A DNA stretch of 32,000 nucleotides from Aneurinibacillus danicus (GTDB lineage Bacteria > Bacillota > Bacilli > Aneurinibacillales > Aneurinibacillaceae). The first letter of the stretch is position 1. Each line of letters starts with the position of its first letter. Made by a program: the position numbers and the translations under genes. Of this stretch, positions 25,181 through 31,382 are shown piece by piece. The DNA lies in contig NZ_BJXX01000047.1 of NCBI RefSeq assembly GCF_007991215.1, positions 1 to 32,000 on the forward strand, given 5' to 3'. Below the pieces are notes generated by a model, which worked only from the letters and a program-made list of their open reading frames with translations, was not told the origin of the DNA and did no database searches.

Positions 25181-25924
25181 ATGGGAAAATGGGAATTGTG
25201 GAATTTTTTTGCCTCTGATGAAACCATAAGACCGTATCTGCCGTCTACGGCGATGTTTTCCGAACATACACTGCGCTCCTACTTGGCAATGTATCCGCTC
25301 GTTTTTGTAAAACCGGACAACGGACGAGGGGGCAGAGGCGTTGTGAAGATTTGGCGTACGAAGGAGGGGTATACGTTTATCCGGGAGCGGGGCCGTATAG
25401 TTCGCTGCCGAACGATGGAAAGATTATATAGGAAAATAAAACAAGACCTGCAGCCCGGGAAACGATATGTGATTCAGGAAGGGGTTCGGCTGGCAAAAAT
25501 CAACGGACGCCCATTCGATATTCGGTTGGCTATGATGCGCAAGAGCGGAAGGTGGGAGGCGATCGGGATGCTGGCCAAGGTAGCGGGACCAAATAGCGCG
25601 GTGACTAATATTGCACGGGGGAAGGGTTATGTAACAGGTGTACGGAATGCGCTGAAAAAAGCCCTTGGCCTTCGCGATGACGCCATCGATGTCCTGCAGG
25701 ATGAAATGAAAGAAGTAGGATATAGAATTGGGGAGAAATTTGACGAATTCCGAACGTACGAGCAAATCGGACTGGATTTTGCAGTGGATAGAAACGGCAA
25801 GCTCTGGGTAATTGAGGAAAACATCGGTTCTTCCCGGTCGCTGTTCGTACGGCTAAAAGACAAATCGGTGTATAGGAAGATGCGGAGCATGAATACGGCC
25901 CGCAGACGGCGTAAGCCGCAATAG
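25181..25924 (+). CDS. YheC/YheD family ATP-grasp protein
   Basis: VFVKPDNGRGGRGV...IQEGV...GRPFDIR...GLDFAVDRNGKLWVIEEN is the YheC/D ATP-grasp pattern. The start is uncertain: ATG at 25181, or GTG at 25142 or 25151. Confidence 0.75.
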   Translation: MGKWELWNFFASDETIRPYLPSTAMFSEHTLRSYLAMYPLVFVKPDNGRGGRGVVKIWRTKEGYTFIRERGRIVRCRTMERLYRKIKQDLQPGKRYVIQEGVRLAKINGRPFDIRLAMMRKSGRWEAIGMLAKVAGPNSAVTNIARGKGYVTGVRNALKKALGLRDDAIDVLQDEMKEVGYRIGEKFDEFRTYEQIGLDFAVDRNGKLWVIEENIGSSRSLFVRLKDKSVYRKMRSMNTARRRRKPQ

Positions 25925-25972
25925 CAAAAGAAGCGTCGACCGGTTTAAAGTTGACCATTAAAACGAGGACGG

Positions 25973-26000
25973 CAGCCTCCCGGAATAGTTGGGGAGGCTG
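25973..26000 (+). terminator. hairpin after the YheC/D gene (weak terminator candidate)
   Basis: CAGCCTCCC-ggaatagttg-GGGAGGCTG. There is no clean T-run. Confidence 0.4.
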
Positions 26001-26028
26001 TAGGTTTAGGATGACATATTAAAACAGA

Positions 26029-26070
26029 AGCACCCTGCCTATCCTAAATTTTAGGAACACGCAGGGTGCT
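26029..26070 (-). terminator. long hairpin, probable terminator for the minus-strand YhfH-like frame
   Basis: AGCACCCTGC...CCTAA-att-TTAGG...GCAGGGTGCT. On the minus strand it is followed by TCTGTTTTAAT. Confidence 0.55.
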
Positions 26071-26103
26071 ATCCATATCATCTACCGCCATTCGCTCCCC
26101 TCT

Positions 26104-26259
26104 TTATTCATGGTTGTGACCAAAACAGCGCTCACATTCATAGATAGAAGGTTCTATTTGTTCTTCGATAAAGTCGCCGCATTTACGGCACTCTTTTTCA
26201 TGAGCAAGAAGTTTGGAAAGCGATAGAGAGGATTCGCTAAGATGACGGCGAATGTATTC
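26104..26259 (-). pseudogene. YhfH-like mini zinc-ribbon frame without a canonical start codon
   Basis: The stop-to-stop frame encodes EYIRRHLSESSLSLSKLLAHEKECRKCGDFIEEQIEPSIYECERCFGHNHE* (CxxC...CxxC). It contains no in-frame ATG, GTG or TTG. An ATG lies one frame off, immediately before an A5 tract. Confidence 0.4.
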
Positions 26260-26325
26260 TTATTTAGGCAGATGTAATAAACTTTTGAATATTAAATTAG
26301 CAGCATGGGGAGGGAAGGAGCATAC

Positions 26326-27117
26326 ATGCTTCGGTTTTCAGCAAATATAACAACACTGTATCCAGATGTTCCGTTTCTTGAACGGTTTGGCAAAGCACGC
26401 GCAGCAGGTTTTCGGTATGTGGAGTGTCAATTTCCCTACGCTCACAGTATTGCGGATCTTCAAGCGCAGCTGCAAGAGCATGAGCTCGAACTTGTTTTGT
26501 TTAATCTACCACCTGGCGATTGGCAGCGGGGCGAGCGAGGTCTGGCGATTGATCCGAAGCGCCGGGAGGACTTCAAAGAGAGCGTGACAACAGCGCTTCG
26601 CTATGCTACGGAGCTGGGCTGTTCACGACTTCATTGTATGGCCGGTATCCTGCCTGATGGACTTGAACATGGGGAAGCCTATGCAGTGCTGCACGATAAT
26701 GTGGCATATGCGGTAGCAGAAGCGGCACAATATGGTATTACGATCCTTATCGAACCGATCAATCAAATCGACATGCCGGGATATTATATGTCATCATTGA
26801 CGTTAGCCGAGCGATTCATCAGAGAATTTGATTCACCACATGTCCGTTTGCAGTTTGATTTCTATCATATTCAACGCATGCAAGGAGAATTGCTGAACAG
26901 TTATTCGAAAGTGGCTCCGCTCGTCGAACATGTCCAAATCGCCGATCATCCCGGAAGGCACCAGCCCGGAACGGGTGAGATTGATTATGTGAAAATTTTT
27001 GAGATGCTTGAAGCTACTGGATACAACGGATTCATTGGGTGTGAATACACCCCTTTTGGAGACACGGATGACAGTTTGCATTGGCTTTGGAAGTGGCAGA
27101 AAGGGGAAGAGAAATGA
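26326..27117 (+). CDS. hyi: hydroxypyruvate isomerase family (Hyi/OtnI-like TIM barrel)
   Basis: ATG at 26326 after GGGAGGGAAGGAG. MLRFSANITTLY...FRYVECQFPY...IEPIN...FDFYH is the Hyi pattern. Confidence 0.8.
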   Translation: MLRFSANITTLYPDVPFLERFGKARAAGFRYVECQFPYAHSIADLQAQLQEHELELVLFNLPPGDWQRGERGLAIDPKRREDFKESVTTALRYATELGCSRLHCMAGILPDGLEHGEAYAVLHDNVAYAVAEAAQYGITILIEPINQIDMPGYYMSSLTLAERFIREFDSPHVRLQFDFYHIQRMQGELLNSYSKVAPLVEHVQIADHPGRHQPGTGEIDYVKIFEMLEATGYNGFIGCEYTPFGDTDDSLHWLWKWQKGEEK

Positions 27118-28013
27118 TCGTTGGATTTATCGGGTTAGGAGTCATGGGCTCGCGTATGGTAAAGCAGATGAGAGCTTCAGGATACGAAGTCTACGTCTAC
27201 AATCGTTCGGAATCGAAGCTGACATCAGCCATGGCTGCAGGAGCTATACCGTGTGTAAGCATTGCTGAGGTAGCAAGAAGAGCGGATGTTTTATGTACCT
27301 GTCTGTCCATGCCTCACGATGTAGAGATGGTATATGGAGGAGAACAGGGTGTGTTTGCCCATGCCAAAAAAGGAACGATTTGTATCGACTTTACAACTGT
27401 GGATCGGGATACAAGCATACGAATGCATAAGCTTGGTCAGCAGCACCAGGTGTACTATCTTGATGCGCCGGTGAGCGGGGGGCCAGAGGGAGTCGAAAAG
27501 GGAACGTTGACGATTATGGTAGGAGGGGAGGAGCGCATATTTACGCAGGTGCACCCTCTCCTGCAAACCATCGGCGAGAACATACAGTATTTAGGGGAAA
27601 GCGGATCGGGAAGTGTGGCCAAGCTGTTGAATCAATATCTTGTCGCTGTTCATTCCTTGGCAGCCAGCGAAGTAATGGTGGCCGGAGCGGCACTCGGCCT
27701 GGACGCCGAGCAACTTTATGATGTCTTACGTGCCAGCTACGGAGATAGCCGTATGCTGCGCAGACATATGGAAGGATTCGTGCTTGACCGGCAGTTTGCC
27801 CCCGGTGGTGCGGTGAAGTATTTGCTCAAAGATGTCCGCCTGGCCAATCAAATGCTCTTGCAAGCAAACGTGTCAGTACGTACGGGTCAAGCGGCAGAAA
27901 CAGCTTTTGAAGAGGCAACAAAGCAAGGATTGGCTGAGCTTGATATGTCGGCAGTGATTCAACCGCTGGAACGGAAAGCAAATGTTATTGTGCAGCGTTC
28001 CAAATATAAATAG
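27114..28013 (+). CDS. NAD(P)-dependent 3-hydroxyacid dehydrogenase (tartronate semialdehyde reductase / 3-hydroxyisobutyrate dehydrogenase family)
   Basis: ATGA start/stop overlap with hyi. Rossmann motif GFIGLGVMGSRM. Family motifs DAPVSGG and GSGS.AKL.NQ. Confidence 0.85.
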   Translation: MIVGFIGLGVMGSRMVKQMRASGYEVYVYNRSESKLTSAMAAGAIPCVSIAEVARRADVLCTCLSMPHDVEMVYGGEQGVFAHAKKGTICIDFTTVDRDTSIRMHKLGQQHQVYYLDAPVSGGPEGVEKGTLTIMVGGEERIFTQVHPLLQTIGENIQYLGESGSGSVAKLLNQYLVAVHSLAASEVMVAGAALGLDAEQLYDVLRASYGDSRMLRRHMEGFVLDRQFAPGGAVKYLLKDVRLANQMLLQANVSVRTGQAAETAFEEATKQGLAELDMSAVIQPLERKANVIVQRSKYK

Positions 28014-28020
28014 TGCACAA

Positions 28021-28132
28021 GGTCTTTCCCTCCATGAGTAATTGAGGAAAAACCTGCGAGGCGTGTGCCGACCGTTGCTTTTTTCGTGTGGACCTTAAGG
28101 GAGGGAAAGACCGGCAACGCCCGCGAGTTTTT
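28021..28132 (+). terminator. complex inverted-repeat region with two T-runs (probable terminator; possible alternative folds)
   Basis: A perfect 13-bp inverted repeat: GGTCTTTCCCTCC (28021-28033) and GGAGGGAAAGACC (28100-28112). A second interleaved pairing joins CTGCGAGGCGTGTGCCG (28055-28071) with CCGGCAACGCCCGCGAG (28111-28127). T6 lies at 28079-28084 and T5 at 28128-28132. Confidence 0.45.
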
Positions 28133-28393
28133 CTTATGAATCATTTTTTTTATAACCTTGTATTGATTAAAGTATCGTATTCATCTACAATGCCTAAATT
28201 ATATTCCAGTGAATGCTCACAATAATAGCACTTTTCCATATCCGTTCCTCCATTCATGTAATAAACTTGTGTTCATATGTTTTCCCTGTATATTTTTCTC
28301 AAAGCCCTTGTCCTTTATTAGGACGAATTTTGAAAAATTATTTTTTCCGTTATCAAGCTGTCTAATTAGAAAAGAAGAGAAGGGCAACGTATA

Positions 28394-28402
28394 TGGTATA
28401 AT
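28394..28402 (+). promoter_or_regulatory. extended -10 element (TGgTATAAT), candidate hfq promoter
   Basis: TGGTATAAT lies 69 nt upstream of the hfq start in a 330-bp AT-rich, ORF-poor spacer. No good -35 is present. Confidence 0.4.
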
Positions 28403-28470
28403 GGTATAGTAGAAGAGGAGCAATGAAGCGTACCACTGTTTTTACTACATAGAGGGAGGAATGTTATCCA

Positions 28471-28692
28471 TTGGAAAAAGCAAAACTTCAAGATTATTTC
28501 TTAAATCAACTACGTAGCAACAAAATCCCGGTTACTGTTTTTACAATAAATGGTGTACAAATGCGGGGGCTTATCGCTTCCTTTGATCAATATACGGTTG
28601 CTATACAGGTTGAAAACAAACAAAATATTCTCTACAAAGCAGCCATTTCCACCATTGTCCCTTTGAAGCCTGTTTCGCTAACAACGAAATAA
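28471..28692 (+). CDS. hfq: Hfq-family RNA chaperone, divergent paralog
   Basis: TTG start after AGAGGGAGGA. The Sm1/Sm2 fold is collinear with B. subtilis Hfq (LQDYFLNQLR...VTVFTINGVQMRG...FDQYTV...LYKAAISTIVP). It is not in the usual miaA-hfq context. Confidence 0.85.
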   Translation: MEKAKLQDYFLNQLRSNKIPVTVFTINGVQMRGLIASFDQYTVAIQVENKQNILYKAAISTIVPLKPVSLTTK

Positions 28693-28859
28693 AAAGGCCG
28701 CTTCTCCATTTAAACGTGCGAGAAAAACAAATTGTTAGCTTCCCTAGCGCATATCTTTACTTTTCTTCTTTCCGACTTCGCTCTCTTCCTTCTACCTCGC
28801 TCCACTACCAGAATGTCGGTATATCAAGTGTGATTTATATAGACAACCCATCCCCGCGG

Positions 28860-28891
28860 CAGTCGCCCCTCACCCAGGGCGGCTGTTTTTT
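28860..28891 (+). terminator. rho-independent terminator about 170 nt downstream of hfq
   Basis: CAGTCGCCC-ctcaccca-GGGCGGCTG (one G-U pair) followed by TTTTTT. Confidence 0.8.
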
Positions 28892-28954
28892 ATGGGCGAA
28901 AACATGCTATGAAGTGCCAAATTTTCGCCTGTTTATACCAAAAAAAAGTATACG

Positions 28955-29028
28955 CCTATCAATTTCGACAAGAATATACAGAAAATGATAAGAAAAATAT
29001 TGGCATGCGTTTTGCCTATATTGATAGG
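28955..29028. promoter_or_regulatory. operator-like inverted repeats upstream of mftA
   Basis: CCTATCAAT (28955-28963) and its exact reverse complement ATTGATAGG (29020-29028). The second site is embedded in the 14-bp palindrome CCTATATTGATAGG (29015-29028). Confidence 0.4.
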
Positions 29029-29064
29029 TGTACGAAAAATCAGCAAAGAGAGGGGGAACATAGT

Positions 29065-29178
29065 ATGGCACCTCAAGCAGCGCTCTTGGAAATTGAAGAG
29101 TTGATGAATGAGCCGGAAGTGTTGGATGAACTTATGGTAGAGGAAATGACCATTGATTGTATCTGTGGCGTCTATTAA
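29065..29178 (+). CDS. mftA: mycofactocin precursor peptide MftA (37 aa)
   Basis: The internal ATG at 29065 follows AGAGAGGGGG. The product is MAPQAALLEIEELMNEPEVLDELMVEEMTIDCICGVY. The acidic leader and C-terminal ...ID..CGVY match the MftA hallmark (mycobacterial ...IDGMCGVY). It lies immediately upstream of mftB/mftC homologs. Confidence 0.85.
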   Translation: MAPQAALLEIEELMNEPEVLDELMVEEMTIDCICGVY

Positions 29179-29235
29179 TCTACTTTTCTTAACAAAGGCT
29201 ACCCGTCCAGTAATCGTGACGGAGGAGGTACAAAT

Positions 29236-30042
29236 ATGAAGTCGTTTGAAAATAAAGTTGTCATGATTACTGGAGCGGCAAGAGGACAGGGGAGAAACCA
29301 TGCGGTGAAATTTGCCGAGCTCGGCGCCAAGCTTATTGTCTGTGATATTTGCGAAGATATAGAAGGGGTAACGTATTCACTGGGGACAGAAGAACAATTT
29401 TCTGTTTGTCTTGAAGAGATTACACATAAAACAAACGGACAGGTTGTAAGTGCACGCTGCGATGTACGTGATAGCACGTCTGTTACGAGGCTGGCAGAGC
29501 AAGGAATTAAGCGTTTTGGTCGAATTGATGTTCTGGTAAACAATGCGGGAGTGTGCAATATCAAACCTGCGTGGGAAATTAACGACGTTGATTGGGATGC
29601 GATGATCGGCGTGAATTTAACCGGTACATGGAATAGCTGTAAAGCCGTAATTCCTGTGATGAAAAACCAGCATTATGGCCGGATTATTAATGTCGGGTCG
29701 ATCGCAGCGATGAAAGGCATCCCTAATTTAGTTCATTATACGGCCGCCAAACACGGTGTCGCAGGGCTAACGAAAGCTTTAGCCATTGATCTTGCTCCTT
29801 ATGGAATTACGGTTAATTGTATTTGTCCGGGCTCTGTAGACACAGACATGCTGGCTGGACTGGCACCTGAAATCGAGGCAGATGTATATGAAGCGAAAAC
29901 TTTATTTGCCAGCTATCACTTATTACCCGGACTCATTCAGCCGGAAGATACGACCGAGCTTGTAATGTGGCTCGCTTCCGATGCGTCCCGGTCGGTGACC
30001 GGAGCAGTCTGGAATATGGATAGAGGATGGGCACAGCGATAA
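29236..30042 (+). CDS. mycofactocin-coupled SDR family oxidoreductase (carveol dehydrogenase-like nicotinoprotein type)
   Basis: The TGAARGQGR glycine-rich motif is characteristic of the mycofactocin-associated SDR subfamily. Catalytic motif YTAAK. NNAG motif. Confidence 0.8.
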   Translation: MKSFENKVVMITGAARGQGRNHAVKFAELGAKLIVCDICEDIEGVTYSLGTEEQFSVCLEEITHKTNGQVVSARCDVRDSTSVTRLAEQGIKRFGRIDVLVNNAGVCNIKPAWEINDVDWDAMIGVNLTGTWNSCKAVIPVMKNQHYGRIINVGSIAAMKGIPNLVHYTAAKHGVAGLTKALAIDLAPYGITVNCICPGSVDTDMLAGLAPEIEADVYEAKTLFASYHLLPGLIQPEDTTELVMWLASDASRSVTGAVWNMDRGWAQR

Positions 30043-30061
30043 GAAAAGGAGAATACGGCAT

Positions 30062-30328
30062 ATGAATGAACAAACAAAATATCGTTTGCGCGACGAAGTG
30101 AAAGTGAGAAAAGAAAAATTTGGCGGACTTGTTTACGACCACAAGGATGGCAAGCTTCAGTTTATTCATTCACATTTGATCATGTGTTTTTTAGAGAATG
30201 ACGGAACATATTCTGTTCAGGAAATGGCAGAAAAAATCGCTCCGGGGAAAATAAAAGGAAACGCAATGGAATTTATCATGAAAAGTTTAACGGATCTTCA
30301 TAAAGGAGGAGTCATACATGAAGTATGA
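30062..30328 (+). CDS. mftB: mycofactocin biosynthesis chaperone MftB (PqqD-like RiPP recognition element)
   Basis: 88 aa with a YRLRDEVKVRKEKFGGLVYD... PqqD-type N-terminus. It sits between the precursor/SDR genes and the radical SAM gene. Confidence 0.8.
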   Translation: MNEQTKYRLRDEVKVRKEKFGGLVYDHKDGKLQFIHSHLIMCFLENDGTYSVQEMAEKIAPGKIKGNAMEFIMKSLTDLHKGGVIHEV

Positions 30329-31349
30329 ATGGCTGCTTGAAGGACTGACGGCTCCGATTTGTGTAACATGGGAAGTGACGTTTGCTTGTAATTTAAGTTG
30401 CGAACACTGCTTGTCCGCTTCCGGAAAGCGGAAACCGGATGAGTTGACATATGAAGAAGCAAAAGCAATGATCGATGATTTGGCCGCTATGGGCGTCTGT
30501 TATATAAACATCGGAGGAGGAGAACCTCTGATGCGTCCAGATTTTCTTGAGTTAGTAGAATACGCGGGGGAAAAAGGGCTACCCGTACAATTCAGCACAA
30601 ACGGTACGCTTATAACAGAGAAAATGGCTAAGAGGATTGCCGCTATCCCGCATGTCCGTGTCCAGGTTAGCATTGACGGGGCAACAGAAGAAGTCAATGA
30701 CAGTATACGGGGAAAAGGAAGTTTTGCCGGCGCACTGCGGGCGGTTGAATTACTAAGCAAGGAAAACATCGAACTTTCGGTAAACATGGTAGCCACACGC
30801 AGCAATTTTGATCAGATCGAGGATTTATATCAAATTGTAAGAGGACACGGAGCAAAATTTCGCGTAGCACGTCTTCGTCCGTCCGGCCGAGGGATAGACA
30901 GCTATCATTACCTGCATTTAACGCCGGAACAAAATATACAGCTGTACCAATGGGTAAAAGCTCATCCTGATGTAACGACAGGCGACTCTTATTTTATTCT
31001 TTCCGCTTTAGGAGAACCGATTCCCGGACTGAACGTTTGCGGTGCATCACGGGCCACATGTTGTATTACACCAACAGGCAATGTATATCCATGCGCATTT
31101 CTCATCAATGATGATTGTATGGTAGGAAACATTCGCGAGAAGCCGCTTTCGCAAATGTGGATTGATACTCCTTTATTTGAAAAATTCCGCACGACAAGGG
31201 TTAAAGCATGTTTGGGCTGTCCAAGTTACAACGATTGCGGTGGTGGATGCCATGCGGTGAGCTACCATTTAACAGGCGATTTGTTTGAAAAAGACCCGGA
31301 ATGTCTGATTTCTTACAGGAAGACAAAAAGAAAAGAGGTAACGGTATAA
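30318..31349 (+). CDS. mftC: mycofactocin radical SAM maturase MftC (SPASM domain)
   Basis: 11-nt overlap with mftB. CNLSCEHC radical SAM cluster motif in the context LTAPICVTWEVTFACNLSCEHCLS. Cys-rich SPASM C-terminus (CGASRATCCITPTGNVYPC...CLGCPSYNDCGGGC). Confidence 0.9.
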   Translation: MKYEWLLEGLTAPICVTWEVTFACNLSCEHCLSASGKRKPDELTYEEAKAMIDDLAAMGVCYINIGGGEPLMRPDFLELVEYAGEKGLPVQFSTNGTLITEKMAKRIAAIPHVRVQVSIDGATEEVNDSIRGKGSFAGALRAVELLSKENIELSVNMVATRSNFDQIEDLYQIVRGHGAKFRVARLRPSGRGIDSYHYLHLTPEQNIQLYQWVKAHPDVTTGDSYFILSALGEPIPGLNVCGASRATCCITPTGNVYPCAFLINDDCMVGNIREKPLSQMWIDTPLFEKFRTTRVKACLGCPSYNDCGGGCHAVSYHLTGDLFEKDPECLISYRKTKRKEVTV

Positions 31350-31382
31350 AGGTAAATTAACGTATTGCGAGGCGGGGGAACT

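Noticed and set aside
28209-28423. Two overlapping 66- and 68-aa ORFs on opposite strands in the AT-rich spacer before hfq.
   Set aside because: - They are mutually overlapping.
- They are Phe/Leu/Ile/Lys-rich, as expected from AT-rich non-coding DNA.
- Neither has an SD.
28909-29064. The 52-codon N-terminal extension of the mftA ORF, and the overlapping ORF 28716-28988.
   Set aside because: - Neither has an SD.
- ORF 28716-28988 runs across the intrinsic terminator at 28860-28891; the mftA-ORF extension begins just downstream of it.
- Their composition is implausible.
- The internal ATG at 29065 has a strong SD and gives a peptide of canonical MftA length.
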